A stretch of 64,000 nucleotides of DNA from Camelus ferus (GCF_009834535.1 NC_045696.1:26042001-26106000), one strand, 5' to 3'. Numbered from the stretch's first letter, positions 36,631 through 51,527 are shown. Notes: a model not told the origin generated them from the sequence alone. Program-made: numbers and translations.

Positions 36631-37649
36631 ATCAAATATTCATTTTACTGAATATAAGGTGACTCCTTGGGTCATTGTAGAGGCCGATGAAATCAAATTA
36701 TTCACCTTCTTGGAATCACATGACTAAATTTAACTGAAAGGCCTTAGGGTAGGAGCTACTCGGCAAGAATGTTTTCTAGCAGAGATCTCATTGACAGCTT
36801 CCCCAACAGAGCCACTTTCATCCACAGTGTCTTTTAGCATGCAGGAAAATAGGATCCCAGCCACTCACAGGAGTGCAGCTGAATGAGTTGGCAGCAGAGT
36901 TTTGAATGCTGAGTCATGCCATAAAGTCATCGCGGATTTGGAGGAAGACCTATCTCTTTTTCTTGGCATTGCAGTGTAGTGTTGTGTCCTACTGTGCCTG
37001 AAGAATTAAATAAAGCAAGTAATATGTTTCTTCAGTTCCACATATGCTAATAAAAGACAAAGCATTACACATGAAGGGTTTATGTCATTTGTAGAATATC
37101 TTATTTTGCCTGAAGGTCACCTCACCTACTTTGCTGATTGTGTTAAAAGGATTAAGCAATCCTTAGTGCAAATATGTCATGGGAATGATTGATCACACTC
37201 TATTCTTGGGGATGGTGTACAGACTGTTTATGGCATTTTGAGAGTTGGCAAATAATCTTAGTTTAAGAATCTGTTTTTCCCTAAAAATGCTTATAATGTA
37301 AAAATAAATCAGGTTTCACATTTTCTTGGAGGGGGAAAACTAATGTAAGTAAAATTGATATGTAGCTAAGGCATCAGAAGCCGATGTTGGTGCTGACATT
37401 TAAAATGTCAGCTTCAGAGTATTTGAATATACTTGCTGTGTAAAAGTTACTAAATCAAACTTGTCTATCTTTTTCTAGAAACCAAAAGCCAATTTATTAC
37501 TTACGTATGTTTAATTTTTTCCTCTTACTGCTTCATGTTTTTATTGAAAGAGGCTTCACGGCTTCTCTACAACATATTTTGGTGATGATTGTGTTGATAC
37601 TGGCAGCTGAAACTGACACTTGGAATTGGATTTACCTGTATTTTCCCAG

Positions 37650-37810
37650 TCAGTCCTTAACTGCAACTCTGTGAGATAGGAACTATAATTGTCCTGATTC
37701 TGTAGATGAGCAAACTGAAGTACAGATGAGTTAGTGGTATCGTCAAGGCTACATAGCTAGTAGGTGAAGGTTAAGACCTGTGCTCTTAATCACAATGCAA
37801 AACTGCTTCC
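37650..37810 (-). mobile_element. MIR
   Basis: attctgtagatgagcaaactgaagtacaga...tcaaggctacatagctagtaggtg...tgctcttaatcac. Confidence 0.8.
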
Positions 37811-38989
37811 GCGTCAAAGAGGCAGCTGAAGTCTCGGCTGCTTTCTCTCCTAGGACAAAATATGTTGCACAATTTGGCATGACGTTAATCTTACCCACAA
37901 AATGTAAAGAGGTGAAACTGCTTTACAGTAGAAGCTAAATAAGAATGGTTTACTGTCCATGTCATTTAAAATATATTGGGGGTCCAATATGAGTCAAAGC
38001 TCCCAGCCAACCTGGCTTAATTTTGCAGGATTCCAATGGAGCAGCTGGAGATACAGGACTAGCAGGACTAGCAGCCAAGCAGAGTGGGTACTCAATGGTT
38101 ACCCATCAGTTACTCTGTACTCTACCTCGGCACTTGCTTCATAACCATTAAATAATACTGGGTAGCATTTTCCTAAAGCCACACTAATCTTAACACTGAA
38201 TTCAGTGGATGCTATTTTAAAATATCACTTTTTTGTTAGCAAAACACTTCTTTACATTATCCAAACTTTAAAATTATTTTATTTCAAATAAGTGATGTTT
38301 GGTGGTAAACTGCAAGATAACTTAGAAGTAAGAACAATTTTTCCCCCAACAAATACATTAGGTAAGTTTTAGAAGGTATTTATAACAATAGCTTTATACT
38401 TTAAGTGTCATGTTTTTTTGTTATAGAGTTAACAATTTAATAAGATCAATATGTTTAAATCTGTATTTTGAAACTTTTTAGACTGTTAGACTTCCCTATA
38501 GTTCTAATAAAAATAGAGGAAAGTTCATATTTTTCCTAGAATATGCGATTTTATTTTTCTGTTTCGAAGTCAAATTGACTATCAAATGGTTTACCTGATA
38601 GCACTTTTTATATTTTAGTATTTTCTCCTGGTAAGTGTGTAAACAAAAAAACAAAATAAACTCCAAGTCAGATTATCTGTATTTTTCTTCATCAAGAAAA
38701 TGTCTAATACTGGCCAGTCTATATAACCAGATCTTAGGTGGAGGGGTAGGAATGTGTGAAGGTTCATACCAGTCGTTCAATTGCATGTGGTCTGAAACTA
38801 GCTTAATACGTTGTGCTGTTGGAGGAGTTATTCTTTTTTAATGTATAAGCAAAAAAAAAAACAATACTGCTGATTTTTTATTGCAGATATGAGCTTTAAC
38901 AAATGATAACCTCACTTTGATGAAAAGGAAAATATTGAAATAAATTACACAGAATAGTTTTTCTCCAATCAGGGTTTATGCAGAACAAG

Positions 38990-39421
38990 AGTAGACTCCT
39001 CGGGTTACCTTAGCAAGTTATTGTACTACAAGCTGGGTGTCTTAAAACACTAGAAACTTATGTTCTTTATCTCTCACAGTTTTGGAAAGAAGTTTGAGAT
39101 CAAGGTCTTTGCTTTCCCAAATCCTCTAAGAAAAGATCCTTCCTGTTTTCTTCCAGGCCTGAATCTAGTCTCTGCCCCTGTCTTTACATGTGCGTCTTCT
39201 CTCTGGGTCTGTGTGTCCACATGGTGTTCTCCTTCTTGTGTATCTGTCTCTGGCTCCTCTTCTTGTAATGATACCTGTCATACTGGATTAAAGGCCACCA
39301 GCATGGCCAGATCCTAACTTGAGTTCATCAGCAAAGAACTTAGTATGTGTATCACATTTGTAGATACTGGAGTTTGGAAAGCCAGTGCATCTGTTGTGGG
39401 GACACAATTTAGCTGATATCA
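38990..39421 (-). mobile_element. ERVL-MaLR LTR (MLT1B/C-like)
   Basis: ctgggtgtcttaaaacactagaaa...tctctcacagttttgga...aagtttgagatcaaggt...tcatactggattaaaggcc...ggggacacaatt. Confidence 0.8.
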
Positions 39422-41559
39422 ATGAGGATATAGGTTTTTTTTTTTAATTTTGATACTATTTCCATTTTGGAATAAGATTATTCTAGTTCTGGGCCTTCTT
39501 TGCATGAAAATAATTACTGAAGTGATACTCTCTTGTAAGAAAATATTTCTATTGTCTATTTAATATTTTTTATTTTTTCATGGGCATTTTAAATACATTG
39601 CAGTATTCTTGAATTGTTACCTGATTGTGCACTATTCACTGACTGGGCCCACATAAAGCACAGCACTTGGTTGAGCTACCGTTTATTTTTTTCCTCCTTT
39701 CATTAGTGGACTAGTGATTTGAGGTCCTCTAGCCTCTATATAATAGACAATATATAAACTACAAATTACAAAGATAGAATGTAGTTTAAATACTTTTATT
39801 TATTATATCAATTTAATTGATTTACTTGAATACACAAACTATGGTTATAGAGAATATAGGGACATCATTATATGTGATTTTTCCCTCATACTGAGTCCTG
39901 CTTCTCCCATCAGAAGTTTTAAGATTTAGAAGAACTTTGGGGTATTAGAGGATTTAATGGGAGAGTTATTACTATATATCTATTTCAGTCAGTACAGATC
40001 ATTCTAAAATATAAATTTTATATGATATAAAAAAATTCATTCTGGCAGTCACACTATTCATTTAAAGAATCATGCTTCATCCCAATTTTATATGAAATGA
40101 GTCAGAATTAATTTTGATCTGCATTTTACATCTAAGTATTTAAGTAGAAACCCATTTATTAATTTATGGTTTTGCTAGTGTTTCTATCTTTTATCACCTT
40201 AGCCATCATTTTATTTTTGAAACATGCTTAGAAATACACATTAGCAGAGTGTAATCTCAACATCATTTTTAGATAAAGGGAAGGTTAAGAAATGAGACTG
40301 TAATTCATATTGACCTCTTTGTATATTGTGCCCGTATGAAATCCCAAATTATTTTCACTGTCCAGTGGGGGAGCATGTATAGCTCCCAAAATGGGATTAA
40401 GGGTAAAGTTCCAGTGATCACAACAGGACAGTTGTAGACTTTTAGGGTGTAGCAATTTTAAGAGTATCCTTGGTTCATATGAGGCAATTGATTCCCTGGC
40501 TCTGTATGTGAACCTCTAAATACTTTCAGTGGAGTCTGTTAATGATATGCCTTACATGTAGCTGACATTTTGAGATCCTTGCTGCTTTTCAAAATGTGCG
40601 GGCACTGAAGATGTCTTCTTACCCTAGAGAATTTATTTCATTCTCAGCAGGAGCTTGTGATGGATTCTCTCCCATGGTGGGAATTGTCAGTGAATATCTG
40701 AGGGCAGCAATTGGCTCAGATAAAGAATCTATCATGAGCTCTCTCCGTAAAAAGTAAGATTTGTGCATTATAACTAGGTGATGCTAAGTTTAATTCCTAG
40801 TCTTTTTCTGTGATTCTAAACCATATGACAAAACTTTACCTAGCGTGAACAGACAGATTAGGAAATGTATTTGTCTCGTGACCTTGCCCGCTCATTTATA
40901 TTTCTTAAAAAAGTATCTTACTTGGAACTCAAAGCTCCATAAGAATTCAAAAGTTGTGACTATATTGCTCTCTCAGTCTATAGAACCACATTTTGCTTTG
41001 GATGAAATATAGTAGTGGGGGAGAATTTTGTGGTGATATGATTGATCAAGCTGCATACTGTATCATTTGCTTTTATCATAAATTTGTATTTTCTTTTGTT
41101 TTAAAAAACATAAGGATTGAACTGAAACCAAAAAGAACAGTTACACAAGCTGGCATGACAGACAGCATGTTGATGGCTGATAATGAACAGTGTTAGAATT
41201 GTCAGTGTGTTTTTATTGACTTCTGACCTGTTAAAACTTAGTTCCTGAGAACCTATTAGGTTGGACAAAGTTAATACTAATAGGCAGGCACTATTATTGT
41301 GTAGCTGTGAATGATCTCCTATTTGTTTGAAGATGAACCATAGTTTGTGGCCATATGGCTTATGACACAATGACTCGCAGTTATTTGTGTAATCTAAATT
41401 GGGATTTTGTATAAGAAAATCATATTTTCGTATCTCATGTGATAGATATCTTAAATTTCTCACAATCACAAATTAAATTAACACATTTCACACAGTAAAA
41501 AAGTATTTAAAAATGAAATGTTGGCTTCAGTACTTTATTTGATCTCTATTCTTGTGCAA

Positions 41560-42120
41560 TCTCATTTATTCATTGTTCCTAACACCAATTTATGGATGAC
41601 TAACTGTGAACAGGAGGACATAGCCCCTCTTCTCATGAGGACTGTATTTTGGGAGTCGAAGTAAATAAATAAATAAACAAATAAATACATAAACAAGCAA
41701 AAAAAGAAAAGCATTAGATAATCACAACTGCTGTGGAGAATTAAAATCTGCTGCAATGGTTGTTCATTGGTAACCATTTTAAACATGACCGTCAGGCAAG
41801 TTCTCTCTGAAGAGGCGGTGTTTGCGTGAGAGAACCATGCAGCTCTCTGTAGCAACAGCATGGTACTCCAGAAGATGATGCTAGTTTCAGGACCCAGATG
41901 TGTGGAAGAGCTTGCCAGACTTGAAGAAGACAAAGAAGGCCAGTATGATTCGTCATGATAGGTGAGGAGAAAGATGGCAGAAAATGTTCAAAGAGAAGGA
42001 CATGTTCAGATAGCACTGGACTGTGTAAAGTACAATTAAGCACTTGGATTTTTGTTTTTAATACAAAAAGAAGCCATTGGACTGCTTTAAATAATGAAGT
42101 GGTATTATATGGTATATAGG
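41560..42120 (-). mobile_element. L2 fragment
   Basis: catttattcatt start and aaggccagtatg...cttggattt...aagccattggactgctttaa. Explains ORFs 41562-41933 and 41792-42160. Confidence 0.65.
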
Positions 42121-42934
42121 GATCTCCAAAGACCCATATGGCTGATGTATTGCAAACCATCTCCTCTATTTAGGGTGAAGCTTTTAAAGACTCTAAGAAA
42201 TAGATGTTTTATCTGATTCTTTGAAAAATAGGTATGATCTTGGAAAGTTAATGATTTTCGTAAAGATACTTATCTATTATTTATTAACAACTTTATTCTA
42301 GAAATAATTTGGTAATGTCAGTTTTATACAGCAAATGTGAATTGTAATGAAGAGAACAGAAATCAGTATTTTTGTTTTGTGGTCTATAAATCTAAGACCA
42401 GATAGTTTATAGAAAAAATAGTTAAATATTTACTTTCCTTGGACAAAAACATTCTTTTTTTTTCTGATTGATTTTTATTATAGTGGATTGCTGTCGTATA
42501 AAGACATCTTAACTGCAGGTAAGATTGCCTAAGAGTGTTTTATTTTGGTAGTTTCATCTGATTTGCAATAAATTCAAAGTTAGGGAATAAAGCAATAAGA
42601 TCAAAATAGCAATAAACAGGGTTCATAAGACATGCATTTTACTTTATGAGATCATGCAGTGAATATCATTAAATAATCGATTTCTTTTCTGATTAGTCAT
42701 TTAATGGTGGAACCAGTAGCCGATTATCACATGGGCATGCCATATTGACAGCAATTGAAGTAAATTAATATATTGGGAATAACACTCATTTGAGATTTGG
42801 AGGGCTCCCTCTGCCTGTTTAACTAGAGAGTTGGGCAAACAACATAATGTGTGTAGAGGCAGTTTGCTAATCTACAAAATGAAAGGATTAGAGTAGGCAG
42901 TTAGATCCAAAATGCTAGACCAAGGACGAATGTC

Positions 42935-43097
42935 AGACTGGGCATATCAGAAGCATTTAGAAAACTTTTAAATAGCACTAATCCCCAGATTCCACACTCA
43001 GAAATAATTATTATGTCTAGACTGAGGCTCAGGGACAGGTATTTTCACAAAGCAACCGAGGTGATTCTGATGTTTTAGGATAGTTGGAATACATGGC
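42935..43097. mobile_element. MER5-like MITE
   Basis: gcatatcagaagcatttagaaaactttta...ggtattttcacaaagcaaccgaggtgattctgatg. Confidence 0.6.
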
Positions 43098-43289
43098 TCC
43101 TAAAAGATGCTCTTTTTTAAAAGGAAAAACATTCTGTGGTTTTCTAAGCTGTTTCTAAGAATCTTCACAACACATAGGCCACATTTATGGATTTGGTGCT
43201 CAGGCTCTCAGATTTTTGCTTTGGAAGTAAGCTCATGTTCCTATAGTATAACAACATTCTGTGCAGATATTTTTGTAAATATCTTAAGA

Positions 43290-43830
43290 CATCACCTTAC
43301 CCCCTTGAGTTTGAAAAATCGCGTTAAAGTATCTATTGCATGTGCTTTATAGTCTAGCAGTTTTCTTCTAGGAATTGATCTTGAATTGTGTTCAGAGATT
43401 TATATATAGGGATATTCTTTGCAGCATATTTTGCCATTGAAATTAATTTAAAATATCTCAGGCACCAAAAATAAGAAATTATTTAAAAGAATTTTAGTAT
43501 AACAATACAATATTATACTCTACAGAGATTAAAAATTCTTTACTAGAACTATATTTACCTTATTGACATGGGAAATATTTATCTATTACTTTATAAAAGA
43601 AGGAAATTACCAAATGGTATTGTTCAATGTTTGTGAACAAACAGACCAAAATAAAATCTCCCATGTGAAAGAAAAAAAAAGCCTCTAATGCAAAATATCC
43701 CTATATTGAGTTTTCTTTGTATTTCTAAAGAGATGGACATATGAAAGATTATTTTGTGTTTTGCTTGGTGTAGACTGACATGTTTTTCTTCAAAATACAT
43801 ACTTGTTACTTTGTATCATTTTAACTCCCC
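43290..43830 (+). mobile_element. Ancient L1 (L1ME-like) ORF2 end and 3' UTR
   Basis: ctagcagttttcttctaggaattgatc...gggatattctttgcagcat...ttgacatgggaaatattt. Confidence 0.55.
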
Positions 43831-44739
43831 CCTGTGGCATGTGTGTAAGATGTGTAGGGAGATCAGTGGCATGAAGGCACTTTTAAATTTTTAACCCAAA
43901 ATCTGAAGATCTATTTTAAGACACTATGTAACTGATGTCAGAGCTTCAAAATATAGGAGATCATTTGTCGTGGAAAAATATAGTAGTAAAGCTCACAACC
44001 AGAAATTCATGTATGTAGTCTTCTTCATTTTTCTACCATTGACTTGAAGCTAAACATACCTAATAGTCAGTTTGGACCTGAGTAATCCAGGCATCAGTGC
44101 ATAGTGAATCTTTTTGATTCCTGGTTGTCTTTTGTCAGTAATTCCTTATATTGTCCTAGTTTCATGATGTGACTTTAATGGAATTATACTTGACCAGCTC
44201 AAAATTAAATGCTTAATTATGTTCAGCTTCAATTACAGTTATTAATTGATCCAAGCTTATTAACATGACACCTGAAGGGAACCAGTTACAAAAAAATTGT
44301 AGGAGGTAGTACTTTGGGTATTGCATTCATGTGAGCCAGCAAATGAGATGAATTTTCTTTTATTAATTTGATTAAGTTTCACAGCTTTTGAATTCGTATT
44401 GGAAACCCAGGATACAGGCTTAAACCTTGTTTCGTTAGGAAGGACAGTAGAACACAAAAAAGTAAATTAATGTAATACGTTAGAGTACTTTTCCATCTAA
44501 ATGAGTTAATGTTTCATTATTTTGAAATTAGTTATCTTTTGTCCCTTTTGAGTACCTTGTCAGCTCTTGATTATTCATGCCACAGATAGCTTTAAATTTC
44601 AAGAGAGACAGTTTGTAGTAAATATATACATACTTATCCGAATCCAAGATTTCAAGAAAATTAAGAGTATAGATAATCTCTGTTCAACTTGATGATTTGT
44701 AAAGTCCAATAGTCATGTATGAATGTATTAAATCCCCTT

Positions 44740-45230
44740 GCCCCCTATGCTTTTCCACTAGAGTGGGCTTTAAAAAGCAAATTCTTTAAACAAGACCTTC
44801 ATGATCTAGTCCTTACCTCCACCATTTTCCCTTCACCCTGCACTTTTTATTATGCCAGGCTCCTTACATTCAAGTATTACACAGATTCCCTTCAACCTGG
44901 GATTCTCCACATCCTTAGTCTTCACTTGTCTAATTCCTACTAATCTGTCAGAATTCAACTGAAACTCTTTACAGAAGATGTTACCATATCACTCTATTTT
45001 TTCCTTTATATTTTTCTACAATTTGTAGTAATACATTTATATTTGATTAATATCTGACCTTCTCTCTAGATTATAAGGCCTATGACATTAAGAACTATAC
45101 ATTTTTTTGCAATGCTATATACACCTAGAGTCTACCACAGAACATGGCACATTGAAAGTGTCTTTTTGTATTTTTTTAATTAAAAAAATTTTTGAAAGTG
45201 TTTAATTAAATGTTCATAAATGAATGAAGT
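44740..45230 (+). mobile_element. L2 3' portion
   Basis: gaccttcatgatctagtccttacc...ctagattataaggcctatga...cacagaacatggcacatt...ataaatgaatgaa. Confidence 0.7.
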
Positions 45231-48200
45231 TCTCATCTTTCCATTATGTTTTATCAACTTCTTTTTGGACCCATTATTACTCCTTTTCATTTATCTTACA
45301 ATGTCTCTCCCCACTTCACCTCATATTTTGTTAAATGATTCTAACCAAACTCACTAGTCCTTATTTTATAAATAACATTTTTGAGAGAACCATATTGACT
45401 ACCTAAGGGTATATATTATGTTGGGTGCTTTCCTTTGAGATAATAGATTTGGGTAAGGAACTGAAGATTTGAATTGTGATCCTAGTGGAAGTCATTTAGC
45501 TTCTGTGAGCATCGGTTTGCTGATTTATGAAATGGTTGAATTTCCCCTCACTAAACCACAGTTGTAAATTAGGTGTAGCGTTCAAAATGCTTTATAAGTG
45601 TTAAAGACCTTTACCAAATTCACTTCATATTAAAAGTTCAAATGGTGTAGGAATTTTTTAGATGTATGCAACTAACTATAAAAAAATAAATTTGAAATGG
45701 GAAAGAATTGTAAATTTCAATTACTTTAAGTCAGAAATATTTAGTAATACAGGAACAATAACATCAGAATTTTAGATGACAGTAGAAGATGTCCAGCACA
45801 TGGCTTCAGAAAACATGCTTGCGTTTCTCCCAAACTGGCAGCTTCATCACATACAAAAAATTACATTCAGGCCTTAACTGAAAATATAGAGATACTTTCT
45901 CCTAGAAATTTTATTGTAAAAGAGTATGCCATACTGCTATTGTTTAAAACCAATTATTCATTTTAATTCAATGCTTTACATATATTAAAACATGTTCATT
46001 TATATTTATCATTACCCCATACATCTAAAATACTAGAATATTACTGTCTATACTATTTTGAATTTCATTCAATTAGATTCTTTATAGAAATTAGAAATGA
46101 TTCTTAAAAATAATGAAGGCATGAATCTGTCAAGATGATTAAATGGACATCTTTTCTAATGTTCCTGTTGAACCATGGAATCTTCCAGTGATGTATACTT
46201 AAAATCATGTAAGTTCTGAATACTCTTTCGTAGAAGGTGTAACTAACTTCACCTGACTAATGAAGAGAGATTAGTATCTCTTTTATCATTTAGACATTAA
46301 TGAACTTTCAGTCTCACACAGCAGAGTTACCCATTCATCTTTTTGAAAAAGATTAATTATTGTTTAACTTGCATCCTAAGTATTATGATGTTGTATAATA
46401 GGAGAAATCACAATTTTCTATTACCAAAAAAAAAAAAAAAAAGAGTGAAGGAGATTCATAGTTAATATAATCCAAATGGTGGAGTCAAAGGTAGCATTTG
46501 ATATTGAGTACAATTTTTCGTGACCTTTATGTGTGTGATGATAAAACTTTACTGTGTACCTCAGATTTTACATGGTCTAAACATTTTTGGCAAGGAATAC
46601 ATCAATTACATGAACGCTGCAGACCTAAATATGACTGGTACACAGCTTTGTCTTCCTGTGGCTTTAGTGGCTCATACCTCTGGGCTCACTCCTTGACTTG
46701 GCGCTCTCTGCCAGTGCTGGAATGCTTCCCAGTGCTCTGCAGGTCAGCACTGTAATGCTCCCTAAGCTGAAATCCCATCATTCAGACCAGTTTCAAGGTA
46801 GACAGAAGATGCTCCCCCTTTTAAAGTGAATTTGTAGTGTTACATTGTATTATTTGGTAGTCTTCAGTTAAATATAACAGAAATATTATTTCAACCAATT
46901 TGATATAAAGGTTTTTGTTATAAAGCTGGTAGGGTGTGTCACTGATCCCATACCCAGACTGGATTGGGAGGAAGCAGAGCCTAACACCAGGATTCAGACC
47001 TCCTCCAGTCTTTTTGTGTCATACCTTCTTCCCAGTGTCTGTCTCTCTCTCTCTTTGCCTAGACTGACCTTCTTATAAAAAAGACTCACTGCCCCACTGA
47101 GGTCACATGCCCATCTATGCACCAGTCTGCTGGGGCATGCAAAAATGTGGCCATTTGTACAAAGATTATAGAATAGGAGTTCCCCAAAGAAAGAAATTTC
47201 TATGATGAGACGCAGTAGTAGTCCAACAAATGAATGATAGATATTTGTTTTAAAAGATGGCTATTCCACTGGTCTGTTAATATGCTGTCTTATTTTACCC
47301 TCATGTCCAAAAACCCTTAGTGGAAAAGAAAGGTTATATTGATTTAAATATATAGGTTCTAGCCAAGAACTGGTACAGAAATTTTCAGTATGAAGAACTG
47401 AGTATAGGAAAAGTACTTGCTCAAGATCCTTTTATTTCACCAAACTGGTGTATGTGGTTCCCAGTGGGTTATTGGTTACCATGGGTCTTCCCTCGGAAGA
47501 ATTTGAACATCACAGGATTTTCAAAGTGGCAAGTACTGAATAATAAAGAGATGAAAGATTTTCCTAGAAGGTTTTCAAAACATTGTAACATTTTACAGTG
47601 TAAAGGAATGTAAGAATGGATTACTTTGCAAAGTAGGTTCTGTTTTTCCCATTAGGTTATCATCACTGGTTTAGTCTGCTCAAATTTTCTTTAGATCACT
47701 GGAAACAACTGCTGTTCAAAACTTTATCTCTATATACGTGCATTTATAAATAACTTTCTAAAGCATTTCCTTCCCACTTAAATTTTTTTTTTATTTTAAT
47801 TGATGATGAGACAGCATGGTGATGCGTCCATTTGCTCCATGTGATATGCACACTTGTTCAATGGAAAAATGTGGTCTACTCCTAATTTCATTTTCATTTC
47901 CTAAATAAGAAGACCCATTAAAAAGCAGACATCTGGTGTAGAAAGCACTTAAAGCTGTAGCTCCCAAGGAGTACTTTCCTTCCTCTTTAAATATGTATGA
48001 ACTGTTGTTTTGGTAATCCACTTCACCCTGTCAAAATAGAATCAAATAGAATGTATGTGTGACCTCTTCCCCTTCTACCCTGGGAAAATGATTTCTAAGA
48101 TCATTGAAGTGTACAGTATACAGAAGCCTTCACTTTCCGTTTTCTTCACAGTCAAAGCTCTTATCCTTAAACAAGCTGAAAGTTTAGGATCTACTTTTTT

Positions 48201-51200
48201 TAGGAGCTGTATATGGTTTTACTTGAAAAGGATGGCTATGTGGGCTTTTTGTAGTTCAACTATAAAGAATGAATTTTTAAACTTTAAATTTCAGAATATC
48301 TCTACCTTCAATGATATGTCATATTGGAAAGGGCTTCCCATTTAAAAAAAAAACCAGTTACCTCATCAATTTTGAGTACAAAATATTCATACTTAACAGA
48401 TACTGAAACTAAATATTGTTAACTTGCTTTTCTAAGAGAGAGGAACACCTAAACAAGGCATTTAAGCTAGCTGGTTTTTTTTTTTTCCAGGGGTTTTTTT
48501 TTTTACATGTCTCATGTCAATTTTGTTTCTTTGAGGTTTAGACCCACATCTCACAAAACGGTGTCGTGCAGAATACTAAGTTTTTATAGTTGTGTACTCT
48601 GGTCTCTTGTTTATGACAAAAGGGTTACACAGTCAAATGCTACTTACCGTGACTTCTCCTATAGATTCATGATTGAAATTTACTTATTGCACTTTCTGCA
48701 ACACTTGTGGTGAAGATACCTGTGATCTCCTGCTTTAACTGAGTTGTTCAAGCATATTTAGCCCTTGAACATTACAAAAGAAAATCACTTTGGAAAACTG
48801 TGACATAGACTATCTTTGTATGCAGATTATATTAAAAGTCATACTCCATTCAGGCCAGAGAAGAGAAAAACTTCATTTTGTTTTCCTTCTAGTTTTGTTT
48901 ATGTGTTTACCTCAGTGTGATTATATCAAGGTGATTTGATTAGCTTGAAATTTTGTTTTGTTATGTGGCTGGGTTCCCCATAACAGTTCATATGTATCAG
49001 ATTCATATGTGGCATCCTCACGGTTGTTCAAATATTTTAAAGGAGATCTGTGTATACTTTTTGCTATTGGAATTGATTTATAAGTTATGTCCTTCTGAAT
49101 TTGTATACATGAGCCTTTGCTGCTTCTGTGTTTTAAGGTGGTCTATCGTGGCCAAAGTACTTCTAACCTGTGATCTAAGTAGCAGCACTCTGTTGACTAC
49201 TAGTTGTAAACCATATTTTCTAACACTGTTCGTTAATGTACTTTCAGCCAATATGCTGCCTGTGAGAAGACAGCCCCTTCACTAGAAGGGACAGTAAAAG
49301 GAGTCTTGAACCCTGACACACATTTCTGATTTTACTGACTATATAGTCTAAATCCACAGACCGTTGACTTGGTTTTTCACAAACCACAAAAGTTTGAATA
49401 ACAGAGCTGAAAGATTACCTAATTAAGTAAAATACAGTATTTATTGGACGCTTGAGGGGAAAGATACCTGGCTAAGTTAAGATTATGCAAAATGGCATTC
49501 TTGGCTTACACTTTTGCAAAGAAATCCTTACTGCCTTAAAAATGCATTAATATAATACAGAGAACAGCATTTAATATTGTTTGGACTTATGGTTTTGTAA
49601 TGCTTCAGTGCTGTGTGTGTTCATTGGACCTACTATATTGATGAATTAAATCTATGTTAATTCTAGAGCTTATCCTAAAATTTGTTTTACCGTTTGCCTG
49701 ATTTTTGTGGGGGGTGGGTTGTTTTTTTTTTAATTAAACTTCTCCTGAGTGTATTTAGTAGTTATGGATACTTTTATCCTAAAATAATAGAAAGGGTCAG
49801 AGTCCAAGAAAAGGAGAATCCATTTGAAATTCTTGACTATAGGGATTCTAGATAAGATACACTTTATATCATTAGACATTTATTTCTCCCTAGGAAGGAT
49901 TCCTGAGAATTTCCAAACATATACAAAATTATAGAAAATAGCATAATGATGTTGGACATAACCCTGCTGATACTTTGCTACAGTGTTTACCTATTCCTTC
50001 TTTTTTTCACTCTGAAGCATATTAAGGCATTTCATTTCACTGCTAGGTATTTCAGTAGGCATCTCACACACTATACATAGATTTTCCCTTACAAAATTAG
50101 TGACATTTACTGCAGGCATTCTATTTTTCAACAGAAGATACAGAATAATTAGAGTTACAAGGATCATATTATTTTGTTCTATTGAAAACAATGACTGATT
50201 TTTTTCTAAAGGTTTTTTTTTTTTACTATTTTGCTTTTATTAATAGATTCTAATTCAGTAAATTTTGTACAATATATAATAATGAAAAAGTACCTTTTTA
50301 TCCTTTCTGAGAGCTTTTGGATTCTATTGCTCAGAGGAAACTCATCTTCAACAACATGCTGTGGCTATGTGAAGTCTTATTTGTTTCCTTTTGTTCTTCA
50401 AAGTGCAATTTCTTTAATATACTGGCAGCCATGCATTCATTACAAGGCAACCTTTTGAAAATAAATTCTGTAATAAATTAAATAAAGCTCTGTGTGGGTC
50501 ATTTTTGATTCGCTGATTAAAAGTTACTAACTAAAGACATAGAGGGGAAAATAGGATGTGCAGCTAAATCAATTTATGAGCATATATACCATCAAGAGAT
50601 TGTGTGTAATAGTGTATTAAAATGCACTTAATAGTGGAAAAAAAAATGACTCATTGAAACTGAATTAACACTTGTAAGCTTAAAATAGTATTTGAAAGAC
50701 TATAAATATTTAAACAAAATCTCTCATTTTCAGCCAGAAATATCATTTCTATATGTGATTTCATGCTATGCAAATTTCTTTGCAAGAAGACATTTGTGAT
50801 GTTTACTTTAGGACAATATTTCTTGTAAAGTTCAGATTTTAGGGAGAAACCTTTTAATGAGATTAGAGTAATGCATCATGAGACTCAGTTAAGCATATGA
50901 TATCTATCACCCATCACTGTCCTTATCACTGGATGACTGTCCTCATCATTTGTTCTTGTCATCTGGAAAATTGCTGAAATGGAAATTTGGAGATACAGTT
51001 CAACTCCTCCATTATGTGCAAGAAACAATATAACATGAATCTTTTTAAAATTTTAGTAGTTCTCTACCATCGAATCCTTGAAATATGTTTCAATTAAGCA
51101 AACAATAAACAAATTCAATTAAGACTATTTTGACTAGAAAAATACAATTTATTTTTTATTAAAAAACAAACGAATAAGTAGCAAGATATTACTATCCTGC

Positions 51201-51460
51201 TAAACAACATGATTCTATTTGGACTGTTCTAAATGGGCATTTTCTTTCTTCTTTTTCCCTTTCCTCCCTCTCCCCACCCTCTCTCCTCTCCCTCTTTCTT
51301 CTCCTTCTCTGTCTTCACCAGTTTTGTGTACTTTCTTTAATTTTCACATGAGAATGTTGTATCAGACTGCACTTGATGGCAGTTTTTCTCACTGCCTGCT
51401 TCCTCACCACCTCCTCCTATTTCTTTCTCTTTTCTGCTCTTTGCCACTTACTGGGTTCAG

Positions 51461-51527
51461 AGCTGCTGTAGAGGCTGGTGCCTATGCTCAAGTGACTGTA
51501 GGAGGAACAATGCAAGGATCAGCTGAG
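51461..51527 (+). other. Candidate 67-nt cassette exon
   Basis: About 200 nt of pyrimidine-rich sequence upstream, no AG from ~51383 to the acceptor ctgggttcag|, purine-rich body and donor gag|gtacat. Confidence 0.45.

Noticed and set aside
49180..49260. tagcagcac (miR-15/16 seed) with downstream partial complements
   Set aside because: No continuous stem, and the rest does not match any miR-15/16 family member I know.
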